Positions 20,277 through 29,849 are shown, numbered from the stretch's first letter. The stretch is DNA of 64,000 nt from Nanobdellota archaeon (GCA_038046385.1 JBBSWH010000006.1:96001-160000); one strand, 5' to 3'. Translations and numbers: made by a program. Notes: a model not told the origin generated them from the letters alone.

Positions 20277-20888
20277 TTATTCCTTCTTTGTCAAAACCCT
20301 TTTCTTTTCTTCTTTTTCGAGCTTTTTCTTTTCCTCTGCTGTGTCTGCTGATTGTGATTCTGTTTTCGGCTCTTCTTTCTTTGTCTCTTCTGCCTTTGCC
20401 TCTGTTTTTTCTTCAGCTTTTTTTGATTTTGATTCTTTTTTTGCGTCTCTCTTCGATGATCTTTGTTTTCTTGAAGCTACATTCTCCTCTATCTTCTTTA
20501 TCTTGTCATCTGAATTGAAGTTAAGGACTGTTAATCCAAGCTCCTTTGCCTTTTTTAATATTTCAAGCTTCCTTCTCATTCCTAAATTGCCTGAAACTAT
20601 TATTCCTTCTGACACTTTGTTGATTTTCCCAAGCTCTTTTTCTGTTGCAACGTGAACCATCTTCATTCCTGAATGATGCAGTCCTTTTACTGCAACAGGC
20701 GACTTGTATCCTGGTGACGGCATTTTTCTTCTGCCTTTGAAAGCGTGCCTTATTTTTGAATGGACTCCTTTAGGTTTTCTCCACTTGTCCTGATTCTGGA
20801 TTCTCATTCTTCTGTGATCGTCCTGCCTAATAAAGTGCGGCTTTCTTTCTTTCATCTCTTTTCTTATTTGAAGTAATTCCTTGCTCAT
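20277..20888 (-). CDS. rpl32e: 50S ribosomal protein L32e with charged C-terminal extension
   Basis: KPHFIRQD, WRKPKG..SKIR, PGYKSP. Confidence 0.93.
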   Translation of the reverse strand: MSKELLQIRKEMKERKPHFIRQDDHRRMRIQNQDKWRKPKGVHSKIRHAFKGRRKMPSPGYKSPVAVKGLHHSGMKMVHVATEKELGKINKVSEGIIVSGNLGMRRKLEILKKAKELGLTVLNFNSDDKIKKIEENVASRKQRSSKRDAKKESKSKKAEEKTEAKAEETKKEEPKTESQSADTAEEKKKLEKEEKKRVLTKKE

Positions 20889-21457
20889 TTTTGCTCCTCG
20901 CCGTCTTTGTTGATTATGTAAATTCCGTCCTGAAATACTCTTGTGTCAAAACCAGGCCTTCTTGTAAGCTGCTCAATGTCTGCGCTTATCTGTCCTGCAA
21001 TCTCCTTGTCTGGGCTTGTTATGTTAATGTGATCCCCATCTAATTTAACTTCTGCGCCTGCTTTGATTATCATTGATCTTGGAACTTTTTCTCCAAGAAA
21101 GTTTTTGACAACAAACTTGTTGCCTGATATTGATACGTTCATTGGAAAGTGGCCAGAGCATATTTTCAGCACATATACGTGCGCGTTCTGGCTTCCCCTT
21201 ACCATGTTTTTTACGTGCGCAACCAAAGATCCTATCATCTTCTTTGACCTTTTTGTTGTTTTATTTGCTTCGAATGTTATCTTGTTTGATTCGTGCTTGA
21301 TTACGACATGGTGGAATTTCATCTCCCTTTTTACTTCTCCTTTAGGCCCTTTTACTGTGATTGTTTTTCCTGTTACTGACATTGTGACTCCTGACGGCAT
21401 CTCAACATGCTTAATCAGCTTCTCTTTCCTCAAATCCCTGGTTTGTCGCATGTTCAT
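20885..21457 (-). CDS. rpl6: 50S ribosomal protein L6
   Basis: VKGPKGE, HFPMNV, NFLGEK, D.RVFQDGIYI; start codon adjusted. Confidence 0.95.
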   Translation of the reverse strand: MNMRQTRDLRKEKLIKHVEMPSGVTMSVTGKTITVKGPKGEVKREMKFHHVVIKHESNKITFEANKTTKRSKKMIGSLVAHVKNMVRGSQNAHVYVLKICSGHFPMNVSISGNKFVVKNFLGEKVPRSMIIKAGAEVKLDGDHINITSPDKEIAGQISADIEQLTRRPGFDTRVFQDGIYIINKDGEEQK

Positions 21458-21462
21458 TTTAG

Positions 21463-21852
21463 TTAGTAGCAATATGCCAGCAATTTTCCGCCTATTTTCT
21501 TTGCCTTTGCATCATAATGGGTTGTGATTCCTTTTGGAGTTGAAACAAATATTATTCCAAGGTCCTTTGCCGGCAAGTATCTTCTTTCGAATTTTTCAAA
21601 CTCTTCTTTCTTGACGCTGTATCTTGGCTTGATGACTCCGCATTTGTTGATGCTTCCTGTAAGTGTGATGTTGATATAATTCCCTCTGCTGTCAACGGTT
21701 TCTTTGAAATCACCGATGTATCCGTTGTCCTTCATTACCTGAAGGATTTCCTTGATTACCTTTGAAACCGGCTTTATCATGCACTCTGATTTGCCTATTG
21801 CTTCGTTGTTTACAATCAGTGACATGACATTTGCTAATGGATCGTTGAGCAT
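21463..21852 (-). CDS. rps8: 30S ribosomal protein S8
   Basis: NDPLAN, INKCGVIKPR, VSTPKG, GGKLLAYCY. Confidence 0.96.
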   Translation of the reverse strand: MLNDPLANVMSLIVNNEAIGKSECMIKPVSKVIKEILQVMKDNGYIGDFKETVDSRGNYINITLTGSINKCGVIKPRYSVKKEEFEKFERRYLPAKDLGIIFVSTPKGITTHYDAKAKKIGGKLLAYCY

Positions 21853-21861
21853 TTTTCCTCC

Positions 21862-22092
21862 TTAGTTGAATTTCTTGAATCCTATGCTTACTGCAACTTC
21901 CCTAAAGCAGCTTCTGCAAAGCATAAGTCCATATTTTTTTATCATTCCGCCAGGTCGTCCGCAGCGCCGGCATTTTTTTGTTGATCGTCCGAATTTTCTT
22001 GGTTTTGGGGAGTTGTGTTTTATGTATTTCTGCATCTTTGCAGGCTTTGACCTTAATTGCTTGAACACCTTCCTGTAATCACTGTATGTCAT
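21862..22092 (-). CDS. rps14: 30S ribosomal protein S14 (zinc type)
   Basis: CRRCG...[12 protein letters not shown]. Confidence 0.95.
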   Translation of the reverse strand: MTYSDYRKVFKQLRSKPAKMQKYIKHNSPKPRKFGRSTKKCRRCGRPGGMIKKYGLMLCRSCFREVAVSIGFKKFN

Positions 22093-22604
22093 TATTGCTC
22101 CTCCATATTGATCTTGTAGTTGCTAGACATGAACTTGATTGCATCTTCTTTTGTTATCCTGTGTTTCATTGGTATCTTTCTTGTCAAAAGTTTTCTTTTC
22201 TTTATCCTGAATCCCGGCCTTTCAAGGGTTATGCAAACCTGCAGCCCCATTATTCCTATTTTTGGATCGTATTTTACGCCTGGTATTTCGATGTATTCTG
22301 GAATTCCAAATGCGATGTTTCCGTTCTCGTCAAACTGCCTGTTTGTAAGCTTGTTGTCCACAGCTTCAAGCAGTCTTGGAAGCATTTGCGTTGCTCTTGT
22401 TTTTCTTAATGTAAGCTTGCATCCTATTGCCAGTCCCGGCCTTAGGCCCCATTCCTGGATTCTTTTCTTTGTGATTGTCTTGACAGGAGTTGCGCTTCCT
22501 ATATATTTCAAAAGCACAAGCCCTTTTTCCAGCCTTGACTGGTCTTTGCCTGCACCTATGTTTAAGGTAACTTTCTCTATCCTTATGTTTCTCATCTGGC
22601 TCAT
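22092..22604 (-). CDS. rpl5: 50S ribosomal protein L5
   Basis: [26 protein letters not shown]. Confidence 0.96.
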   Translation of the reverse strand: MSQMRNIRIEKVTLNIGAGKDQSRLEKGLVLLKYIGSATPVKTITKKRIQEWGLRPGLAIGCKLTLRKTRATQMLPRLLEAVDNKLTNRQFDENGNIAFGIPEYIEIPGVKYDPKIGIMGLQVCITLERPGFRIKKRKLLTRKIPMKHRITKEDAIKFMSSNYKINMEEQ

Positions 22605-23290
22605 TTTTTATCGAGTGCTATTAACGGCTTGTCTTCTCCTATCACGAATGCATATTCTTTCAAAGTCTCAACAAGCTCTCCGTTATGGTCTTTGTATATG
22701 ATTTTGTTTCCTGCTATGTCTTCTATCTTTCCTGTTTCTCCGACGTGCTTCCCGCTTGTCAGGAAAATCGTTGCTTTCTTCTGAAGCTTTAGGTGCTTGC
22801 TTATCTTCTGGTCAGGCAATGAAAGCATAACAGAATCTCCTACCTTGTAGTCGTTCTTTTCTGCAAGCTTGTTTTTTCCGTCGTAAAAGTTAAGCTGAAC
22901 TTTTCCTTTCACCATTGCCTTGCCGATTATCTTGGCAGGCTTCATTGATGATTCTTCTTTTGAAGTTTCGATTGTGTCAATTTTTCCTTTTTTGTTAAGT
23001 ATAAGTCTGAAGTGCTTTCCGTTTGAAAACTCAACTGTGTCAAAAATCCCGACCGGGAATCTGAAATCTTTTCTTACTGTTCCGTCAACCTTTACGCTGT
23101 TTGCATTCAGTATTTTTTTTACCTCTCTTGTTGTTGCAGCGTAATTGAAAACTTCCTTTACTAGTGTGCCAAGAGCAAGGCTTATGTCTGAACTGTGTGG
23201 CCCTGGAGCTGGCTTTGTTACGAACTTGTTTTTTTTCCTGTTTATGTGCCATGTCTTTGGCGTTGCCATTCTTTTCAAGTGTGATACCAT
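22601..23290 (-). CDS. rps4e: 30S ribosomal protein S4e
   Basis: HLKR...PKTW, PGPH, VKVDG.VRKD..FPVG.FD. Confidence 0.95.
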   Translation of the reverse strand: MVSHLKRMATPKTWHINRKKNKFVTKPAPGPHSSDISLALGTLVKEVFNYAATTREVKKILNANSVKVDGTVRKDFRFPVGIFDTVEFSNGKHFRLILNKKGKIDTIETSKEESSMKPAKIIGKAMVKGKVQLNFYDGKNKLAEKNDYKVGDSVMLSLPDQKISKHLKLQKKATIFLTSGKHVGETGKIEDIAGNKIIYKDHNGELVETLKEYAFVIGEDKPLIALDKK

Positions 23291-23291
23291 T

Positions 23292-23669
23292 TTATTTTCT
23301 CTCCAAGATTTTTTGTCTTTGCTTATCGTCCATGTTTAACTCTGTTATCATCAAATTTGACGGATTCAGCGCGATTTTCTTTTTTGATCCGTCTCTTTTT
23401 GTTATTTCAACGCCTGCAACAAATATTTTCTGGTCTTTCAGTCTTACGGATTCTACTTTTCCCTCTGTTTTTCTGAATGACCCTATCATGATTTTTACCT
23501 TGTCCCCTTTTCTTATTGAGATGCTTCTTTTCTTGTACTTTAATTTGAGATCTTTTGATAAATGAGCATGCGTTAATTTCTGCTTTACGTGAAGCGGAGC
23601 CTTTGCCCTGTACTTCCTCTGTTTCCTTATTTTACTGCTTGACTTCCATGACGGTACGTATGCTTTCAT
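23292..23669 (-). CDS. rpl24: 50S ribosomal protein L24
   Basis: RKQRK...APLH, IRKGDKVKI..G, PSNLMI; start adjusted to ATG 23669. Confidence 0.95.
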   Translation of the reverse strand: MKAYVPSWKSSSKIRKQRKYRAKAPLHVKQKLTHAHLSKDLKLKYKKRSISIRKGDKVKIMIGSFRKTEGKVESVRLKDQKIFVAGVEITKRDGSKKKIALNPSNLMITELNMDDKQRQKILERK

Positions 23670-23670
23670 T

Positions 23671-24072
23671 TTAGACCACAATGCTCGCTATTTTTGATAT
23701 TCCAGGCCATCTCTCACATGCTTCTTTTGCGATAGCTCCCTTGAAGATTGTTCCTTTTGGATTTCCTTTGTCATCTTTTACTACAACTGCTGCGTTGTCT
23801 TCAAATTTTATTCTCATTCCGTCTGATCTTCTGAATTCTTTTTTTTGCCTGACAATTACTGCATAAACAACTGTCTTTCTCATATCCGGACGGCCTCTGA
23901 CAACAGATGCCTGCACCAAATCGCCGACACCTGCGCTTGCTATCCTTCCCTTTACTGTTTTTAATCCAACTACTGTGAATATCTTCAGGATTTTTGCTCC
24001 TGAATTATCGCAAGTGTCGACTTTGCAGTAAACCGGAAGTGCTCTTGTAACGCGTGATTTTAATGCCTGCAT
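23671..24072 (-). CDS. rpl14: 50S ribosomal protein L14
   Basis: DNSGAK, AVIVRQKK, FEDNAAV, PKGT. Confidence 0.96.
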   Translation of the reverse strand: MQALKSRVTRALPVYCKVDTCDNSGAKILKIFTVVGLKTVKGRIASAGVGDLVQASVVRGRPDMRKTVVYAVIVRQKKEFRRSDGMRIKFEDNAAVVVKDDKGNPKGTIFKGAIAKEACERWPGISKIASIVV

Positions 24073-24073
24073 T

Positions 24074-24511
24074 TTATTTCTTCTCCTCTTCTGCTGCTGC
24101 TGGTGCCAGTGTTTTTTCCTTTACAGGAACTTTTGAAGATTCCCTTGCGCTCATCTTTTCAATGAATCCTTTCTCTGCGCCAAGCTTCTGTATGATTGTA
24201 AAGTTTTTTGTCTTGCTCAAAGGCCTGCATTCTGCAATTAATACAACATCCCCTTCCTTTGCGCCGATGCATTCTGGGCTGTGAACTTTCAATCTTGTCC
24301 TTCTTTTCTCGTATCTCTCGTACTTTTTTATGAAATATAAACGCTCAAATTCTATTGTTGCTGTCTTGCTCATCTTTGATGATAGGACTGTGCCTGTAAA
24401 CTGGCGCCCCCTGACGTTCAATGTGCCGTGGAACGGGCAGTTGATGTCCGTGCATGTTTGTTTTGGTGCAGGTACATTGATTCCGATGTTTTTTTGTTTT
24501 GTTTTTGCCAT
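24074..24511 (-). CDS. rps17: 30S ribosomal protein S17
   Basis: CPFHG.L.VRG, KYERYEKRR, ECRPLSKTK. Confidence 0.96.
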   Translation of the reverse strand: MAKTKQKNIGINVPAPKQTCTDINCPFHGTLNVRGRQFTGTVLSSKMSKTATIEFERLYFIKKYERYEKRRTRLKVHSPECIGAKEGDVVLIAECRPLSKTKNFTIIQKLGAEKGFIEKMSARESSKVPVKEKTLAPAAAEEEKK

Positions 24512-24520
24512 TTTAGTTTT

Positions 24521-24829
24521 TTATTTGAACTCTATGCTTGATGGGCTAAACCCATATTCAATCAATATTTTTTTTGTCCTTTGCTTGTGCTCTCCCTGCA
24601 GCTCTACTTTGCCTTTTTTTGCTGTTCCGCCGCATGCGAGCGATGATTTCAATCTTTTTGCGAGATCTTTGAGGTCAATTTCCTTTTCATCGATTCCCTC
24701 GACGATTGTGTAATTTTTGTTGAATTTTTTCCTCTCGATATAAACCAAAATCTTCTGGCTTTCTTTGGCTATTGTTTCACAAACACATAGCTCTTTCACC
24801 AAACCGCAAATCTGGCATATTTCGCTCAT
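24521..24829 (-). CDS. Translation initiation factor SUI1 homolog (aIF1)
   Basis: C..CGL..ELC.C, LK..LACGGT, ELQG.H. Confidence 0.93.
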   Translation of the reverse strand: MSEICQICGLVKELCVCETIAKESQKILVYIERKKFNKNYTIVEGIDEKEIDLKDLAKRLKSSLACGGTAKKGKVELQGEHKQRTKKILIEYGFSPSSIEFK

Positions 24830-25059
24830 TCCTTTTTGCTTCCTCCTTCGAGTTGTGCATTAAATTCTTTCATTTCTTTTTCTTTTCTGATTGTGTGTAT
24901 CTGTGCAATTATTTTCTTGATTTCCTTTACTCTTGAAGGATTCTTCGGGATTGTGCCTATGGCTATCTGCGAATTTACTTTCATTAAATCCTTTTTCAGA
25001 TCGAGAAGCTTTGCTTCAACGGCCTGATCATTCAGCGTCCTTAGTTCCTTTATCTTCAT
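24826..25059 (-). CDS. rpl29: 50S ribosomal protein L29
   Basis: KIKELR, NP.R..EIKK.IA.I.T; canonical position. Confidence 0.9.
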   Translation of the reverse strand: MKIKELRTLNDQAVEAKLLDLKKDLMKVNSQIAIGTIPKNPSRVKEIKKIIAQIHTIRKEKEMKEFNAQLEGGSKKE

Positions 25060-25774
25060 CTTTCTTCTTTCTCTTTCTAGGCTTCTTTGCCTCTTTTACT
25101 TCTTTTTTTGCTTCTTCTTTCTTTTCTTCTGTCTTTAATTGTGATTCTGCCTTTGCTTTTTCATTTTCCAAAACAGATTCTTCTGTTCTCATTTCGATTG
25201 CGTCAGGAAGCTGGATATCAGGCGGCATTATGCTGACTTTTACTCCGACAACTCCTGTTTTTAGCTGCGCCTGCATGTCTGCTTTTCCAACCTTTAATGC
25301 GATGTCGCCGCATTTCTTCAGGTATCCCTGGTAAAATCTCCATGTTTTCGCGCGCGAGCTTGGTATTTTTCCGCTTATTGTGATTTCTATTCCGAGTGCT
25401 CCTGCCCTCAATACTTCTGTCATTATCTTGTGCGCAATTGCCTTAAATTTCTGGGCTCCAAATTTTTCAAGCGCATCAACTATTTTTTCTGTTATGATAT
25501 GTGCATCCAGGCTTGGATTTTCAACTTCACTTATTTCTATCTGAGGATTTTCAAGGTCAAATTTCTTTTTTAACGTCTTTGTCAGTTGTTTTATGTTCTG
25601 CCCTTTTCTTCCTACAATCAGTCCAGGCCTTGAAGCTGAGATTACTATCTTTTCTCCAAGAGGAGTCTTGACCATCCTTGTATGCGAGTGTCCTACGTTT
25701 TCCAAACTCTGAGTTATGTACTCTTCAATCTGGAATTCCTTTATTTTTTGAGCAACGAATTTTCTTTCAATCAT
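25028..25774 (-). CDS. rps3: 30S ribosomal protein S3
   Basis: KH domain RPGLIVGRKG, GALG.EI.ISGK, GVVGVKV.I. Confidence 0.96.
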   Translation of the reverse strand: MIERKFVAQKIKEFQIEEYITQSLENVGHSHTRMVKTPLGEKIVISASRPGLIVGRKGQNIKQLTKTLKKKFDLENPQIEISEVENPSLDAHIITEKIVDALEKFGAQKFKAIAHKIMTEVLRAGALGIEITISGKIPSSRAKTWRFYQGYLKKCGDIALKVGKADMQAQLKTGVVGVKVSIMPPDIQLPDAIEMRTEESVLENEKAKAESQLKTEEKKEEAKKEVKEAKKPRKRKKKDEDKGTKDAE

Positions 25775-26229
25775 TTCTTTTTTTCCTCTTTCTTTTCCTT
25801 TGTTTCTTCAAGCACGATTTCGATGTTTGTTCTTTTCATTACTCTTCTTGATTTTCTTCCGAAATGCATTGAACGTCCGCCTTTGTTTGAAGTTGCGTGA
25901 ACTACAACCAAGTTGGATGTATTCAATCCCTTGAACTGTGCGTTTGCCTCTGCTGCTTCTACAATCTGCAGTATGAATTTTGATGCCTTGGCAGGATATC
26001 TTCCAGGGCCTATCCCCGGCTTGTGACCAAGATCCCAGTTGTATCTGTTGAAAGGTATTGCGACTTTTTCTGCCATTGCGCCTTCAAGTATTTTCTTTAC
26101 AGCTGCAATTTTCCTGTTTTTTATGTGGGCGCATATTTCGACGCTCTGCTTGAATGATATCGGAAGCAAAGCTCCGTAAGCTCTTGACATATTTTCAGGT
26201 TTGTAATCCTTGAAGCTGTATGACGTCAT
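25771..26229 (-). CDS. rpl22: 50S ribosomal protein L22
   Basis: ISFKQS.EIC, GRYP.KA, AEANA..KGL. Confidence 0.95.
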   Translation of the reverse strand: MTSYSFKDYKPENMSRAYGALLPISFKQSVEICAHIKNRKIAAVKKILEGAMAEKVAIPFNRYNWDLGHKPGIGPGRYPAKASKFILQIVEAAEANAQFKGLNTSNLVVVHATSNKGGRSMHFGRKSRRVMKRTNIEIVLEETKEKKEEKKK

Positions 26230-26231
26230 TT

Positions 26232-26615
26232 TTATTTCACCGACAAGCTTGCTGATGACCTTGTAGCTCCGATACCGGGCGCGCTGTGGCCAACTTTCTT
26301 TCTTGTCATTGCAAATTCTCCTAAAGTGTGGCCTATCATTTCTTCCAGTATCATAACTGGCAAAAATTCTTTTCCCTGGTGAACTTTGATTGTCATGCCG
26401 ACCATTTCAGGAAGGATTATCATATCCCTGCAGTGGGTTTCTATGTTCTTTTCATTGGCTTTTACTTTTTTCAAAAATATTTTCTGCTGCTCTGTAAATC
26501 CTCTTTTCAAAGTTCTTCTCTGTCTTGAAGTCAGCAATTGCGCTACTTCGTTGATTGAAAGCTTCTTCAGCTCTTCCATTGTCTTTCCCTTGAATGTAAA
26601 TTCTTTTTTTGCCAT
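26232..26615 (-). CDS. rps19: 30S ribosomal protein S19
   Basis: [33 protein letters not shown]; start adjusted to ATG 26615. Confidence 0.96.
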   Translation of the reverse strand: MAKKEFTFKGKTMEELKKLSINEVAQLLTSRQRRTLKRGFTEQQKIFLKKVKANEKNIETHCRDMIILPEMVGMTIKVHQGKEFLPVMILEEMIGHTLGEFAMTRKKVGHSAPGIGATRSSASLSVK

Positions 26616-26667
26616 AACGGTTTCGTCCGTTAACACCGACTTCAAGTGCAATCTTTGATTGCACGGA
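26615..26667 (-). promoter_or_regulatory. 53-nt structured element abutting the rps19 start codon (family D, copy 1)
   Basis: 46/53 identical to 27415-27467; hairpins GTGCAATC-AAA-GATTGCAC and TAACGG-ACGAAA-CCGTTA, the latter ending on the A of ATG. Confidence 0.65.
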
Positions 26668-26694
26668 TCAATGCTAACTTTTTATTTTCTTTGT

Positions 26695-27414
26695 TTACCT
26701 TTTCTTCCTTCCTGTTCTCTTAGGAGCTATTTTTCCTACTTTCCTTCCAGGAGGCGAGTTTCTTGCTGATTGTGTAGGGATTCCTTTTGCGTGTGATGAA
26801 CGCCCTCCGAATGGATGTGATAATGCGTTCATTGATGTTCCTGACACTTTAGGCCATAATTTGTTCTTTGCCAACATCTTGAAATAATGAGTTCCTGCTT
26901 TTAGGTATGGTTTTTCTGTTCTTCCGGAGCCTGCTACGATTCCAATAACTGCTTTGCAGTCTGGCCTGAACAATTTTCTTTTGTGCGACGGCAATTCTAT
27001 TAAAATTCCATCTTCATTCTTTGTGACTATCTTTGCAGACCCTCCGCCGGATCTTACAAATTTTCCACCGTCTCCGGGGCTTGATTCTATGTTATAAATT
27101 GAAGTTCCTTCCGGGATGTTTTTTAATGGTAAAATGTTTCCTGATTTTAATTCTGGGTTTTGACCCATCTCTATTTTGTCACCAACTCTTATTCCTTCCG
27201 GAGCTTGCAATAATCCTGACTGGCCTGTTTCATATTTTAATGACATTAAAGGAGCGTTGTGGCCCGGGCTTGTGATTAAGTCCAAGACTTCTGCCTTCAT
27301 GGTCTTTCCTTCTGTTTCTCTGAAATGAGAAGCTCTTCCTGCATACTTGAAGCTAGGCGCGGTCCATCTAGGCCCACCCTTTCCCCTCTTCTGCTGAATT
27401 AAGTTCTTTCCCAT
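26695..27414 (-). CDS. rpl2: 50S ribosomal protein L2
   Basis: MGK...Q.RGKG, PGDGGK.VRS, WPKV.G..MN..HPFGG. Confidence 0.96.
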   Translation of the reverse strand: MGKNLIQQKRGKGGPRWTAPSFKYAGRASHFRETEGKTMKAEVLDLITSPGHNAPLMSLKYETGQSGLLQAPEGIRVGDKIEMGQNPELKSGNILPLKNIPEGTSIYNIESSPGDGGKFVRSGGGSAKIVTKNEDGILIELPSHKRKLFRPDCKAVIGIVAGSGRTEKPYLKAGTHYFKMLAKNKLWPKVSGTSMNALSHPFGGRSSHAKGIPTQSARNSPPGRKVGKIAPKRTGRKKR

Positions 27415-27467
27415 TAACGGTTTCGCCCCTTAACGACGACTTCAAGTGCAATCCCGGATTGCACGGA
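27415..27467 (-). promoter_or_regulatory. 53-nt structured element abutting the rpl2 start codon (family D, copy 2)
   Basis: Same element as 26615-26667; the hairpin loop differs (CGG vs AAA). Confidence 0.65.
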
Positions 27468-27487
27468 AAAAATATCGCCTGTTATCA

Positions 27488-27787
27488 TTATATTAGCCCC
27501 ATTTGTGTTGCTATGTCAATTGCAGGGTTTGATGCTGCGAATTTTATGTAAGCTCTTTTTTGTCCGCTTGATGTAATAAAGCTGTTTACACTTTTTACTT
27601 TGACCTTGAACATTTCTTCTATTGCCTGCTTTATTTCTGTTTTTGTTGACTTTCTGTCAACAACAAAAACTAATTTATTTTCTGATTCCATCAATCTTAT
27701 TGACTTCTCTGTTGAGAGGGGATATTTGACTATATGATACGGGTCGATTTTCACATTTGCCTTTATCGGATGCACTCTTTGTATCAT
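27488..27787 (-). CDS. rpl23: 50S ribosomal protein L23
   Basis: P..TEK, ENKLVFVVD, K.AY.K, A.DIA. Confidence 0.95.
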   Translation of the reverse strand: MIQRVHPIKANVKIDPYHIVKYPLSTEKSIRLMESENKLVFVVDRKSTKTEIKQAIEEMFKVKVKSVNSFITSSGQKRAYIKFAASNPAIDIATQMGLI

Positions 27788-27788
27788 T

Positions 27789-28595
27789 TTAGGTGAATGA
27801 TTTTTCTTTTTTCATGTATTCGATTGCGTCTTTTGTCCACAAAGTCAATCTTCCTGCTTTTCCGCCAGGTGCCAATAGCTCTGCGTTGATGTCTTTAACC
27901 CTAACAATATCTATTCCTGGAATGTTTGAAAGTGATTTCATCAAATTGTCTGTGTTTACAGCGACTACAAGGATTCCTTTCTTTTTCTTGTATTTTCTGT
28001 CTCTTGCCTTTCCTTTTCCTACTCTGACTTTCTTTTCGCTTGAACGCTCTAATTCTTCTGTGAATCCTAATTTCTGCAGAATTTCTTCTGCTTCTGCTGT
28101 CTTTGTTACTGATTCAAATTTTGAATCGATTATGAACGGAAAGTTATTTGGAACGTTGTGTCCTCTGTTCGTCACAACCTCTTTTAACATTGTTGCTGAA
28201 ATTGCGCTTCTGATTGCTTTTCTTCTTTCTTTTTCGTTAATCTTCTTTCCCCAGATCTTTGAAGTTTTTGGAGGATGAGCTCTTCTTCCGCCCACAGTTC
28301 CAGGTGCAAATGCGCCGACCCAGTTAAGCCTTGTTCCTCTTCTGGTCATTATTTTTCTTGGAACTCTTGAAATTCCTATTCCGTATGATCCTCTGTAGTT
28401 CTTTCTTCTTCTGGATAATTTTGCAGACGATCTTTTTCCTGCAGTATCATGAGCTGCGTAAGGCTGCCTTTTATGTGATTGGATTGCAAGAACTGCCCTT
28501 AAGATTATTTCATCCCTTACTTCTTCATTAAATTGTGATGGTAATTCTATATCGCCGACTTTTACATTTGCTGTGTCTAGTATTGAAACTTTCAT
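27789..28595 (-). CDS. rpl4: 50S ribosomal protein L4
   Basis: G.GISRVPR, PGTVGGRRAHPP, LLAPGG..GRLT.W; start adjusted to ATG 28595. Confidence 0.96.
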   Translation of the reverse strand: MKVSILDTANVKVGDIELPSQFNEEVRDEIILRAVLAIQSHKRQPYAAHDTAGKRSSAKLSRRRKNYRGSYGIGISRVPRKIMTRRGTRLNWVGAFAPGTVGGRRAHPPKTSKIWGKKINEKERRKAIRSAISATMLKEVVTNRGHNVPNNFPFIIDSKFESVTKTAEAEEILQKLGFTEELERSSEKKVRVGKGKARDRKYKKKKGILVVAVNTDNLMKSLSNIPGIDIVRVKDINAELLAPGGKAGRLTLWTKDAIEYMKKEKSFT

Positions 28596-28596
28596 T

Positions 28597-29556
28597 TTAT
28601 CGGCCCTGCTTTGATTCGAGGCTTGTGTATGCAATTGTCGGTGCATCGAGTGATATCTTTTTCTGCCTCATTGGATCTGTTAAAGTGATTAATCTGTTGT
28701 CTGCGCCTGCGATTGAGCCTTTGACAAGAATATACTGTGATTTTACAAGACCATATCCGATGAATCCGCCCTTGACGTTTATTTCTTCAGGCTTTGTTCC
28801 TATTTTTACAAGCCATTTGTTGTATTCTGTTCTTAAGTGGTTGCCCATTTTTCCTGCATGAGCTGTTCTCCACATTATGTGGCCCTGCCCTCTCCATGCT
28901 CCCAATGATCCTGGATTTCTTCTGGATTTTTCGGATTTGTGATGCCTTAAAGTGACTCCAAATCTTCGCATTGCTCCCTGGAATCCTTTTCCTCTTGTGA
29001 CTGCGTGAATGTCTGTTAACTGCCCTTCCTTGAATACTTCATTTACTCTGATTTCTTTTCCCAACTTTTCTTTTGCGAATATTAGTTGCTGCTCTTTTGT
29101 TCCGCCTATAGCTATCTCAATTGTTTCCGGCTTCTTTTTTCCCAAGCCAGAAAGTTTTGGCTGTGTGTAGCATGATAATCTTATAGAATCAAAATCACTT
29201 GCTTCTTTTCCTTTCTTCTTTGAAGCCAGAATTTTTCTTTCCATTTCTTTGTCAACAGACTCTGCTAAAACATGAGAAACAATTTGTTTATTTTTATAGA
29301 AAACGATTGAAGCGACTTTGATTGGGGGAACTTCGATGACTGTGACCGGACAGAAAATATCTGCCCCTTTTGTTAAAGATGTTTGCCGGTTGTCGGTAAT
29401 CAGAAGATGAGTCATGCCAACCTTATAGCCTGCGAAACCTAAAGGTTTTGCTTCTTTGCTTTTTGTCCAGTTTCTTATTCTTGCGTGCCTGTTCCTAGCT
29501 ATAGATCTAGGGTGAAACTGCATGCTTCCTGCTCTTGGCTGTCTTGTTCTTGGCAT
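28597..29556 (-). CDS. rpl3: 50S ribosomal protein L3
   Basis: PR.GS, GFAGYKVGMTH, T.GKGFQG, AG.MG.H.RTEYNK, KGSI.G. Confidence 0.96.
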   Translation of the reverse strand: MPRTRQPRAGSMQFHPRSIARNRHARIRNWTKSKEAKPLGFAGYKVGMTHLLITDNRQTSLTKGADIFCPVTVIEVPPIKVASIVFYKNKQIVSHVLAESVDKEMERKILASKKKGKEASDFDSIRLSCYTQPKLSGLGKKKPETIEIAIGGTKEQQLIFAKEKLGKEIRVNEVFKEGQLTDIHAVTRGKGFQGAMRRFGVTLRHHKSEKSRRNPGSLGAWRGQGHIMWRTAHAGKMGNHLRTEYNKWLVKIGTKPEEINVKGGFIGYGLVKSQYILVKGSIAGADNRLITLTDPMRQKKISLDAPTIAYTSLESKQGR

Positions 29557-29731
29557 TGTGTTTGAGACAGATTGGTCTGTCTATTGCGCTTATGTGTGTA
29601 AAAAAGCCTTTTGGTGGCCGCTTTTTGTAGAATCCAGTCATTAAAACTGTACTGAAAAAGCAGTCTTTTCAGGCTCGTTTATGGTTTGTGTTTAAACAAC
29701 ACAAAGTCTTTCCTAGGAAAGAAGTTCGGTT

Positions 29732-29776
29732 TATAAAGGTATCGTTGACCTTTTGAGAGGTCAACGGACCTTTATA
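29732..29776. promoter_or_regulatory. Inverted repeat overlapping the TATA box of the r-protein operon
   Basis: TATAAAGGT-ATCGTTGACCT..AGGTCAACGG-ACCTTTATA; TATA-like boxes face outward on both ends. Confidence 0.55.
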
Positions 29777-29849
29777 TTTGAAAATCTATGATTTTCTTCA
29801 TATAAAGGTTTTGGATAGATTACTTAGGTGTTTTGCTAGTATATACTAT

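Noticed and set aside
24511-24521. Loss of RNase P inferred from missing rpp29
   Set aside because: An Rpp30-like gene is present at 51886-52440, so rpp29 may simply be elsewhere.
26615-27467. Family D element as a hammerhead ribozyme
   Set aside because: It has stem-UUGAAG-stem-GAAA, but the CUGANGA core is not matched and no convincing third stem is present.
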